NCBI GenBank assembly: GCA_028534125.1
Contig: CM052817.1
Span: 46,626,001-46,690,000, forward strand
Direction of reading: 5' to 3'
Source: Lama glama
Taxonomy: Eukaryota
DNA length: 64,000 bases
Shown: positions 12,519 to 25,000 of the stretch, in pieces
Layout of the letters: every line of letters starts with the position of its first letter
Position numbering within the stretch: position 1 is the stretch's first letter
The notes under the pieces: model-generated
What the model was told of the DNA's origin: nothing
The model's input: only the letters and a program-made list of their open reading frames with translations
Database searches by the model: none
Position numbers and translations under genes: made by a program

Positions 12519-12960
12519 ATAAAACACATTCAGTTCATCAATAATCATTTTCAGTAGTGGTATAGATAGAAACCCTAAGTGGCACTTGGGGTCTTTTTCA
12601 CTCTGGAAATCCAGCAGCCAGGTCCCAGGTCAATGTGGCGGCCCATTATATCCACCTGAGGGTTTTGAGAGGCCCCTTGATTTCATATTTCTGTTGCTGC
12701 TTTTGAGAAGTAGAAAGCTTATGGGAAGAAAGGAGGGATGAAGATGGATTGAATGAGTGTTACAATAAGAAGATTTCTCTTCCAAGTAGGAAAGGAGAGA
12801 TTTAGTGCAGATTAGCTAGTGCTCTTGAGTAACACAGGGGAACAGATGAAAAATGACGTTGTTGATTCTTATTTTGAGTATTAGATGTGCATTTCATTAG
12901 TCATGAGAAACAAAACGCAGTTCTCAGCAAAGATCCTACATGGACATTTTCTGGTATCAT

Positions 12961-13005
12961 TTAGCTTCCCAAAAGAGACCGGCACTTTTCAATCAGTTTG
13001 GACCC
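12961..13005 (-). CDS. Albfm1: ARG/Albfm1 exon 14 coding part, stop TAA at 12963-12961
   Basis: Poly-T + tag| [14 protein letters not shown]; 45 coding nt, colinear with the albumin C-terminal helix GKKLVAASQAALGL*. Confidence 0.9.
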   Translation of the reverse strand, partial: GSKLIEKCRSLLGS

Positions 13006-16000
13006 CTAAAAAAAAAGCAAATAAGGACATCTGTGAGAAAACAGCAAAACAGCTCTGGTTCCCGAACAGAAAATCTGTAAGACTTCCCTGCATGGACTCT
13101 GATACGCCTGCTTCTCAAGGTCTTACAGTCTCTCACAGGCCTAGTGCCTTGGCTTAAGGACTTAATTAACCACAATGCCTCATCTACTTTCAAGCCCTCA
13201 GGTTTGGAATAAGTAAAAATGTGCTTCCTCCTCACAGAAATATGGGGCTCTTTTGCTGCAGGGTAAAAAGGAACAATCAACATCAGCTTTTTTGCTGCAT
13301 TTTAATACAGCTGTAAGCTAATCCCAGGCCAAATCACCACACGTGCAGGTACAGGAACTCAAGAGGAACATCACCACTAAAACTGATCTGAGTACCTCCA
13401 CCGCCTTCATATACACCGGTATAGACCTTGACATCAAGTCCAAATCCTTTCCCCAATTTGTACCTGTATGGTCTGGTCTGTATTCAAGTAAAAAGCATTT
13501 GCGGAAGCCCAAGCAGATAAAAGCGGAATTTCTAGCTAAATGGGGATAGGAACCCTCGAACTCCACTGCTAAGATATGAACACACACACAAACACACACA
13601 CACACACACACAGGAGCGACGACTTATACTCCCAAGAGTCTCTAGGATCCTGCTGAAAATGGTTAGAAGTCTAGTAATTCAGTTCTTCTTCCCACTCTCA
13701 GACAGCACCACACTTAAATTGTCTAGAAAGACTGAAGTCATTTTACCTCTGGAGTTTAGGTTTCCTTCCTTCCATGGTAACCCATGACTTTCTAAATCAA
13801 TGCTCATGGGGAAATTTCCAATAAGGCTAACCTCAAAATTCTCATATTCTACCTTGTTCATTTTCTTCGAACCTAATTATAGTGGGGGAAGTAATATTTC
13901 TCCTTATCAGTCCTTCCTGACTTCATTTATTCCATTATTCTTTGGTAAATTTTTAATGTTATAATAACAAATGCTAGGGTGGGGGGTGGAATTTTCTGGG
14001 AAAGATGAGGTAGAAGGAAGGGATCTGAGGAATGCCCTGTGTGAAATGAAAAGTGATGATAACTCCACATCTTGAGGCAGGGCCTCAAGAAATGTAAAAC
14101 ATGGACTCATATGATGGAATGCAGAGAAGAGAGAAAAGTAAGAGGAAATATTTTCTTTACACTGAGACCAGATTAGCCACCTTTGATTCCCTATAATCTT
14201 GGACATGTTGGGAGACTGCTAACATGTCACCCATCCTAAGACTTTGCAATACACATTACCAGTCTATTTCTCCGTATCTTGTGACAAGCTTTTCAGTTCT
14301 TTTTCCATTCTAGATGCTGCTGGACCGAACAGTTTGCCAGCATCCTTTTAAAATGTATCATCTCTCATCTGTTTTAAAATCCCAATTCAATAACAGCAAA
14401 AAATACCAAAAAAGAATAAAGCCTATTGATGCTAAAAAGGAAAAAAGCCATCATCGATGTAAGAGGTATTGGTGAATTTCTGAAAAAGAAAAGCCATTGG
14501 GATGATACCAATCAACGTATCAAAATGCAGACATAGGAGCTCAGAGTAGTACCATGAAGAGATGTGCCAGCAGTAACATACCAGAAAGTCATTGATTTCT
14601 AAGCTGCTTTGGTTCTTATCTGCTGCTCAGACTATTTTTCTAACTTCCTAGAGACTTCTGAAGTCACTACTGTCCTTTCAATGAACTAATTTTTACTTAG
14701 GTTTCCCAGAATTTGATCCTACTATTTATATACTCTGTAAGTGACTGGTCGTATTTTAAGAAGCTATTAAAGTAATGATGGTAATCACTAGGAGTACTAA
14801 AAGTGAAAACCTAAAATTGCTTGCCTTTTAGGAATAGGAAATGTACCCTGTTCCTCTGTTAGAACTTTTGCCTTGCTCATATATTACTTGCATAATTTGT
14901 AAAACTTGTATAATGCATCATAAGAAATTAAACACAGTATCCCAGAATGACCTGATCCATATGATTGTGATTATCATGTTGCTTAATCTGATCCTTGTTT
15001 TTTCCCCAGAAATGCATCCCAGGATTTCAGTAGCTTTGATAGCAGACCTACCAAGTTGTAAGTATAGGCTACTTAAACCAACAGGTCTTTTCACATGAAC
15101 TTCTGTCAAGTCACGTCTGAAAGCAGAACTTAGTGTTTTTGTTGCTAAATTTCATGTACTATTTTCAAAACATCATTTCAACCCTGCCCAAATTTCTCCT
15201 AATTCTTGTTAACTTTCTTCTATGTTATGTTCCGTTCACTGATGGATAAATACCTCAGGTTATAATTATCATTCCCTGCTGACCTGGAGGAGAGAATTTT
15301 TGTGAGTAGAATTTTTTCCTTTAAACTGCTCATGTCTACAATTCACATTATTATTTCATGAAACGTGAGATTCTTTTTCTTTGGAAAGTTCAAATTCACT
15401 TTGCATGACTGAGTTTCTTATTTTATTCCTTCTCTTTTGGTCCATTCTTATTCTTGCCAGCATTCCCACATTTACTTTGGTTCACTATTTTTCTTCTTAG
15501 AACGTTCCTGCATTCGGGTTTACCTCTCAAAATATGTCTTCCATCTTGTCTAAAAATGTGTTATGCTCCCACTAGCCACAACTAGAAAGGTAATCTTTAA
15601 ACCTGCCCACTTTCTCTTTTAACAGGCAGAACAGGTTCACATAATTGACTATTATAATCTCAGAAAGGAAAACAAACAAGATTCCTGTAGATCCCTGGAG
15701 CAGTTAGTCTAACTTTGGAACATCTACACACTGCTAATTGGCTAAGTCTCTTCGCTTCTGCTAGTGATGAAATAGTTCAAACCAAGAAGCATTCACACTC
15801 AAGAGCAAGAACAGGTTAAGAAAACTCCCTTAGGAATTCTCAGGCATAGGCCCTCCTGCAAAAGTGGTTATCTGTGTGGATATGATGTTGTTACTCAGGT
15901 AGAGATATATTTTCTGAATGCTTTACAAAAAGTAAAAAGGCTTTGAAATAAATAAATGGACTCTATTTTGTGTATCAGCTGGTCTGGTAGCCTGTTTTAA

Positions 16001-19000
16001 CTATAGAGGTGCCTTTTATTTTATTTTATTTTCTTAACTATACACCTGCTTTCTTCTACTTAGATACTATTACCTACTGTATATCCAAGTTTCTGTTTCT
16101 CAAGTCATGTCTCTGGGACAGTGGTCCAACCCAGGCCCCCTCCATGAATTATCTGTGCCACAGAATAATGGTGAGATTACCATGATATTCTTAGAAATTT
16201 AAGTCACACAACTTTATCACTCTGTGAAAAATCACTTGCTTGTTAACTATATGCAATTAGGTTAATTACAGAAAACAGTCTCTGGGTGGCCAGTTTGGTG
16301 TGTGTGCACAGACAGACACTTTTTTCTGGCCATTGTTCTTTTCTGTTTCTATTCTTCTATCTCTATTCTGATGATCTGCCACTGAGAAAATGAAACATTT
16401 TTACCTAGTTCCTTAGCTAAGCTCCAAACTACATTTGGTGACTCTTCCTGATTATGCTTCCAGAAATTTCTAGAACAAAGCTCCAGTTGGCCTGTGTGGG
16501 TCTTTAAACTGTTAGTGCTTTAAAATTTCACTATATTTACAATGACCAAAGTCTTCAAACCATCCTTCTTCTTCCCACCCCCAACCCTGAACATCCCAGT
16601 CCATCTGGTGTCGTGACTCTTGTGTTCATCTTTATTTGTGTCTAACATGCCTAGTTCCCTCAAGCGGCCAGAAATGTTAACATATGTTAAACCCAAATAT
16701 GGTCAATTGCACCAATCCACTTAGACTGGTTTTCTAATTCACTCATGACTGGAATGGAGAAGGGATTTTTTTTTTCACTTTATTAAACCCTACCAGAGCT
16801 AAGAGAATAGACATGGAAACAGGGTTACCTCTGCTTGGAAACACATTTCACTTTTCTCTGCTTGGCAGCACATCTCCACCAGGTGAGCGAAATCCACAAG
16901 AATTGGCTGGAACTGCATCTCTGCTGCACGTGGTTTCTGCTTCACAAGGTAGCTGAGGAGCCTGAATCAAATGAGTGGCAAAGTACAAGCACTCCCTGAG
17001 TTCTGGAAGGCCAGCCTGCAGACCTGCCTTACTTATCGAAAGCTGCACACCACCCACACCTTTGCATAGCTCTCCCTTTTAAGTTTGGAGGCCCTGAAAA
17101 TGCCCTGATGTTTTCATAGTTTTCACAATGTCTGTCTCCATGTTTTAGTCAACATCTTTTTCTTCAAGCACATCTCATCAACATAATTATTATAGGAGAC
17201 TTAGTTATCTTCATGTAATTATTACTAGGGTAAACTTTTTTCTATTTTTATTGTATTGAATGGTACATAGGTTATACAGCAAATTAGTTTTTCCTGTAAT
17301 ATTTTTTATGAACAACATTTATTCTAACAACTAACTTTCCAAGAAATATTCCAAGTATAACACACCTGGAAGTTGGGGGCCCCTTATATGTTATTAATGA
17401 TAAAACCAATGAACTAATTTGAAACTTTTTTCAAAATTCTTCATTTTCAAACTCACATTGATAAAACCTGTTGGCCCCATTTGTACTTAAACAGACATAA
17501 AAGAAAACATCTCAAACTCTAAGTAGACATTTCTACAACACTCTAAACCAGGGATCCACGAGTATTTTAGGCTGAGTTGCTTAACTCCTGAACTGAGATG
17601 CCAGCCACCCTTTGCTGCCCGGCAGTGGCCAACAGTGAAACCCCCAGCAGGTATGTGGCACCAGCACAGACACTGAACAGAGTGAGCTGGGTCACAGACA
17701 GGGCAGGCAGGGGCTGGTAGGGAAGCCAGGGACAGCAGAGACGCAAACACAGCCCTCTGCAAATCCCAGGCCCGGCCTATTCAAGCAGTGCTCACAGGAC
17801 CTCCCAAGCAGCCCTGGACACATGGCCATAGAGTCCTGATCCCATCTAAACAATGGAAAACACATCCAGCACCATCTGCCAAAGAAAAAGAATATTAAAA
17901 GGAATATGGATGTATATATTTACATATAACCGAATCATTATGCTGTATATCAGAAACTAACATAACATTGTCAATCAACTATACTTAAAAGAAAAAAATA
18001 TATATCCAGTAACACTGTAGCCCCTGGACATGCCTCTCCGAACTTCCCATTTCAGCTCCACCTTGTCCCACCCCCACGCCAACCCTGCCTTGAGGATGGA
18101 CAAAGCAGAAGCAGCAGCGTGACTAAAAAGAATAAGGAAGCAGAAGCCAATTTTTTTTCCAGAAACTACCACATCGATGAGGCGGGTTTGAGAAGCTTGT
18201 GGTCACTGTATCCTCTGAGCACTAACTAGCAAGACAGAGTCAAAGAAGCTAAAAGATTTTAATTAACTCCACATTTGCCCCTAATTCTAAGTCCTGGAAA
18301 TCTAGAAGAATATCAGAAAGGGGACAAAGACAAATGTACAAAAACATTCGTTGTCATCATTTATGATAGTTAGAAATTGAAGACAAGTCTCATGCCCAGC
18401 AATATGGAGAGGTTAAATTCGCTGTGGTACCCATAGAGTGGAATACTAGAGAGCCATTAAAATGCTGTTTCGAAGAATAATTAGTGACAAAAATGCATAT
18501 ATTATAATTTTAAAACTACATTAAAAATAATAACAGCCAACATCTTTTGAGTATGTTGATATGTACTATGTTTTAGACAATGTGCTGATAATTTATAAAT
18601 GTTACCTCATGTAATGGTCTCTGTTACCTCTTTAACAAGGCTCTATGTCATCTCCACTTTGCATTTGTAACAGTGGTTTCAACTCCTTGAAAATAATATA
18701 AATCTGGGTGTACATTACAAGCCAGTGAGGGGAGCCTCTCTCCCAGAAGTCAGGAGGATTGGGAACTACTTGTAAGAATTCATCCTGAGACAAGAAGGGT
18801 CACAGATTTCCACTCAGTAAGAAAGACCTGGTCCCTGGAAGATGGGAGTAACTCAGTGGTTCCCCAGCTGGGCCTCCATTGCTCATTTCTGAGTTACAGG
18901 GCATCAGGATAATTCTTTGAAAGAGGGCTGTAAGAGTACTTTCATTCAAGTCCTGCACACCACAGACACAAGCAGCACTGCCACGGCACCTGCCAAACGT

Positions 19001-22000
19001 GCACCATCCTGGGACTTGGGGGAAGGTTTTATTTTTTCTTACTACAAAACATAAAGCAGCTTTGTCATTTCAAAGGATCCAGTCTTCTCCTGAGCAGGAG
19101 ACAACAGTACCTGGAGGGCATGGCTGTTCCCAGGGGCACATGAGTGATGCCAGGCAAAGCACGCGGGAGAATCCCTGGTGGGTGGGAGGGGGCAGGGAGT
19201 TTCGTAAGCTCATCCCTGAGGATTCTGGGGACAACTGCTGGCACTGAAATTTTGTATCATCAGGTAGTATCAAGAGTGTGCCAAACTTGCATTATTACAT
19301 ATTAGAACCACAGTCTGATGGACGGGGCAATTGTGGGAGTGTGTGCTTGGGTACATACCTGACACTGTTTATTCCTACACTATGCATATAGTTATAACGA
19401 GTATCTCTGCAGTGTTAGAATAAAAGCGTTATGATTTTCTTCCCTCTCCTGTATTTTCAAAATGTTCTGCAATGGTTATGTGTTACTTTAAAAATAAAAT
19501 GAATCAATCTTTTAAAAAGAAATAAAATAGGATAAGCACTCTTTTTCTTAATCCAACTATGCTGTATACATTCAATCTTCCAGTTAGATTTAAATTTAAA
19601 TCCCACTTGAAAGAAAACACTGTACTTGCTTTTGTCTCTATCTAATTCAAGTGTGTATGGTTATGTTTGATATATAGTCAAAACAGTTGATATTACCTTT
19701 GAATAATAATTATCAATTTTTAACAAATTAATTATTCAAAGTGAGAAATACAGGCTACTTCCCATCAGAATTTTGGTGGATTTCTGTCTCAGAATATATT
19801 TTTCTACAAAAACAGCACAGGGTATCTTCAGGCACAGGTTATGGAAACTAATAATCATGAGCAGCTACACAATGAGATTACCCAATTTCCCAGCACCCAC
19901 TGGGGCTTCCGTGGTCTGACTTAGGGGATTCAGCACTGAAAGTGGCCGAAGCTGGTACAGGAGGTGGGCAAGGTTGCTGTCAGTTCACGCAAAATCTGGG
20001 CTTCCCTTCCAATGTCATACAGAGGGCACAGACTTACTTTGGCTCAAGTTAGGTCCTCCACTCACTAACTTGTTTGTGTGATGGTAGGTGAGATACTGAA
20101 CCTCTCTGATCCTCATCCTTAAAAGGAAAATTTAAACACTTACATTGCAAGGCTTTTGTGAGGACCAAAAACAATACTATATTAGAAGGCTGAGTATAGT
20201 AACTAGCATACTGAAGACACTCAATAAATAGTGGCAAAGAAAATATGAATAATTAAATTATTTCATCAGATTATGACAAAGATAATGAATAATTATAATA
20301 ATAGCCCAACTTGGAGCTTGCTTCCATTTCAAATTATTGGTTGCTCCCACCCATGGTCTCCCTTCTCCTTGACCTCCACAATAAATGGTGCATTGTCATA
20401 GCTTTTTTCCTACTTATTCATTTATTCACTCAACAACTAACTGATAAGCATTTTTATAATTTCCATAAGGATTTGAGCTGTCGATTTAACAATAATAGAG
20501 AAACCTAAAGGAGGAGGTGGGAAGGCTCCCTCATATATATTCTTCTCATTTCTCACAAGCTTTGGGATGCCACGTGCCTTCTTGGCTTGGCCCCTCCCAA
20601 GCCCTCTAGTCTCGCCCAAGAGTTTCTCTCCCCTCTCTCACCGAAGCTTCAGTCACAAGAACTGCTCTCCTCTGTCCTGCTGGGTCAGCTGGTTTCTGAA
20701 TGCACTTCCCCAGAGGGACCAGTAGAGGGGAGACGAGCATGACTGCTGAGTTTCCAGATCAGCCAGCAGTTGCTTATTTAAACAAGGAGAAACACTCCCA
20801 TTGTACTGAGATAGGCAAGGGAGAAAAAAGAAAAAAAGGTTCCCATTATGAGAAGGCAGGTCTGGGAATGAGATTCAAAACAAGGATTTCAGCATGCCAT
20901 GTTACTTCTCCTTGACACTCCAGACGTAAAGGCTGCCTTTTCTACAACTGGGGACTCTGCTACTTGGAAGCTGGACCCCCTGTCACAGCGATAACTTGTC
21001 ACATACTTGTGATCTGAGTTACCTCTCCTGCTCGTATCCTCCCTCCTCCACCCTGATCTCTCTACCTGTCAACCTGACTGCTATTTTAAGGTATTTTCCC
21101 TAATTCTATTTATTCTATTTATATTTTTCCTAATTCTATATAGTTTTACATTTTTAATTTACCTTTTCAAATCTTAAATCCTATTTTTAATCGTCAATAC
21201 CATGAAGTTGTTTTCAGGTTTTCATTTCTATGATATTAATCTTTTCTTTCCATTACATTTATCCACCATTTCATTTAGAGCACATTCTGGTCTTTATATT
21301 CTGTCTTAAATCTTAACATTTCAACTCAGTATTTTTCTTAATTGGATTTTAAATCCTTTTTCTTTGAACTTCTATTTTCTTTTTATTTTCTCTACCTTAT
21401 TCCATAACTTCATTTCTGCCTTCTCTTTGTAATCCTGCTGAATTGTATTCTTCCCCTCTCGGAGCCCCTCCACTAGTTTTTTTTTTCTTTGTGTGTGTGT
21501 TGATTTATGCTATGATGGTCCACCAGCTCTATGCAGGGGTGAAAGGCATGGAGAGAGCCCCTACCACTTCCCAGGAAGTTGATGGGTTTTCTCAAATGTG
21601 GCCTTTGACTCCCTGTATGTATGCTCCCAGAATATTCCAGAAATCTCTACATTAGCTGTCTCTTTGCCACTGTTTTCTCCATACAGAAAACACAGTGAAG
21701 TTAGCAGAACAAGGCCACTTCCTAATCTATAATCTAGCCCTTATGTGAAGAGTTCCTCATGTTTTAAAAATTATAAGCAGCATTATAACTCCTTGATGAG
21801 AGAACACTAACAACTCCATGTTGGTAATTAAGCACATGTGCTTTGAGCCAGGTGGCCTGGGTGCAGCTTCCAGCTCAACCTATTGATCTGCTCCATGATC
21901 TCACACCAGGTCTTCCTGCCTTCTCAGCCTCAGTGTCCTCACAATGAAAATGGGGTCATAATATTACCTACCTCGTAAATCTGAGGTAAGGATTTGGTGA

Positions 22001-25000
22001 GATGACATACATGAAGGCTACCTATCCATGCCAGAGGAATTCCTCAAGAGAAAGCAAAGCCTGAACTCTAGAGGTAAGATTGACTTCTTCCTCCTTATAT
22101 GCTCACAGCAAGCCTGGCCTAAAGAAAGAATGGCTAACTAAGTGGTACAGTGGTCTTTGGATACTTACTGGAAAGTTTGAAAGTCTAGTTCGTGATCAGC
22201 TCACTTTGGGAACTGAAGACAGGACTTCAGGGGTCAGCTGGCTTACGAATTTTAAGTACTGTGATAAAACAGAACCAGTGCCAACCTTGTGCTTACCCAC
22301 CATGAGAATGTGTTCATTCCCAAGGCAGCAAAAACTTTGCCTCACTTGGCAAGATGATATTGTTGGGCTAATATTATTTAGACCCTGCAAGAGCAAGTCT
22401 TAGAGTAAATAAGTTGATTAGAAATAAGTTACCTCTTCTAATGATCTGAGGACCCTGGTCTGCTTTCCTTTGAGGAAAGATCAGAGGCTTGTGAGGAGGG
22501 CGGGAAGCATGGGTAGGCCCTCCAGGGGAACTGCCCCACTGCCAGGAGGGGGCGTGCTTTCAATCCATCCTGTTGATTCAGGGTAACCAGAGTTGCACCC
22601 TTTGGTTTTTCCTAAAATAGTCACCCTCACTCAGTTCCAAATGGGGCCTCTAACATCGCCTCCATTATCAGCAGAATCTATTCCAAGGGAAAATGCCTGG
22701 ACCATGGGAATATCTTGGGTCCAGGCTTAGGAGTGGGGTTGGGGTGAAAAGACGGATGATTGATGCTGCTAAGAAAGCCATTTCTCTGTGTGCAGCAGCA
22801 GACAAGTAGCCTCCTTTCTAACACCTAATAGAAAGTGTTCCATTCAATCCATCTATGTGAGTGGGATCGGGAGAATCGGGGAAAATGCCAACCACTTGTA
22901 AGATCTTAATCACGGGATGCTCTCAGAAGCCAAGGGAAGAGCAGCTGCGCTAAGGCTGCGTGTGCTGCTTCCCAGGCCAAGCCAGGCATGCCCTAGTCAC
23001 CTCATTCAGCGTCAGAAATCCAAGTGTCCCAGACCTTCTGCCATCACACTGATGCTCCTGCATCCCTAATCAGACCCATCCCCTGCTCTCCTGGTCCTCC
23101 CTAACTCATCTTCTGTCTCTGTTGTAACTTGAAGCTTTCACATCCCTAAATTTCACTAAATCCACATCCTTTTTTCTGTGCTTCTATTTCTTGCTCTGTA
23201 TGAAATCATGAGGCTCCCCAGAAGATGCAGTGTTCCCCAAGACCCCCCAAGAGGAGGCTATTTTTGTTTGAACACAACTTACCTTAGCACCTAGCTCTCC
23301 TTTACTGCTTCCAACATATCTCTCCCTTGTCCTCTTTTAAATGCCATAGCTCTTTCAAAGTCCGTGTCATCAAACTCTAACATCCCCATCCTTATTTATT
23401 TATGCCATGTGTAGAAAGCCTGGCCATGCCCCTTCATTTTTGATGACGTCAGACCCGGTTAATTGCCTCTTTCTCCACCACTGTCCTGACATTGATCATT
23501 TGCTGTAGTTTCAGCAACTCCCTTAATGATCCACATGTGGCAGATTGATAACAAACATGAACCCAATTGTCCACCTTTCTCTGTATCCATATCCTTTACA
23601 GTATGATTTTCCAACTCTTTTCCTATCAAGAAGTGAAGTCTGTTTCCACACCCCTTTAATCTGGGCTGGCCCTGTGACCTCCCTTACAGCAGAATGGGCA
23701 TTGCATGGTTCCAGACATGGGCCGCGGGGGGCCTCCACACTTCCCCACCCTCCCAGCTACCACATGAGGAAGCCTGGATTAGCCTCCTGAGGGACAGAAG
23801 ACCACAGGCAGCAGAGACAAAGCCGCCTAGCCTCGGCCCGCCAGCTCCCGGCTGACTTAGCAGCTGACAGTAGACTCTTGAGCAAGCCCCACTAAAAATG
23901 GCTGAGGCTGACCCAGGTCAACAGACTCATCCAATCAACCCTCAGACACTTGAGCAACATTAACCGATGCTGTGTAAAGCCATCTATTTTTCGTGTGAGT
24001 TATTATGCAGCAAAAATTAACTCACATATCCTATGAAGAAAGGATGAGGGGAAAAAGAAATTTGACAATGGGCTGCCGTAGCAGGAGGGCAAAAGGGTGG
24101 ACAATATAGTGGAATTACTAAATATTCTAATAGATGCTGTGAAAGCAGGAATAGAAAAGAACACTAGATTGAATTCGATTTCTGACTTGATCCAGACACT
24201 TTTTTACATAGAACACACATTGGGGAGCCCTGCTCAGATATAAAGAGATGATATTCTACTGGCAACAATTCTGACCAATAGGCTTCAGTATCAGTAACAG
24301 CAACCAAATTGGAATAGCGCTTTGTAAAGTAACACCTTATAGTCATTTCTAATTTATAATTTTCTAATTTATAAATGTTTTCACATGTATTTTTTATATA
24401 CATACACACACATACATGCACTTCCATGGTCAAATATATAACTTTAGAAAGCATTGCACACCATTCCTTTCAGCTTCCCCTTTAGATCCATCTGCAGATC
24501 GAGTGCAACAACCATACCTCATCCTCAGATGACAGTCACATGAAAGGGGTCTACCCTTACTCAGCAGCACAGAATACCTTTAAAGTATTTCTGCAGCTTC
24601 AGATGTAGAAATGTGGTTGGAAGTGACAAGGAAACATATCTGTGTTTCACCAGAAAAATGAGCTTTTAAATTAACCATATCTGAATATAAAATAGGCTGC
24701 TTTAAGCAAATGGCCTTTCCATCACTGGAAATATTCATGGAGAAACTGCACAATGTTTTAGAAGGATTTCCTAAACTTGGGGTGAGAAGCATTGATTAAT
24801 AGCTAAGCTTCCTTCCACTTTCAGTATTCTTTGATATTATATGTTCATAGAAAGGATATATATGACATTTAAATACTTATTTCCAGTATTGTGAGTTTCT
24901 AGTGATGCCCTGTTTTTCTATATTCTGAGAAGTTACTAGAAAGCCTTATCTGGTACAAGAAACTGCATTACAGAGGGTAGAAGAGTGGGGAAAGGAAATT

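Noticed and set aside
15254..15283. Alternative candidate for ARG exon 14 (ctccag|VSRE*...|gtattt)
   Set aside because: The acceptor is plausible, but 13005-12961 has the albumin-like sequence and coding length.
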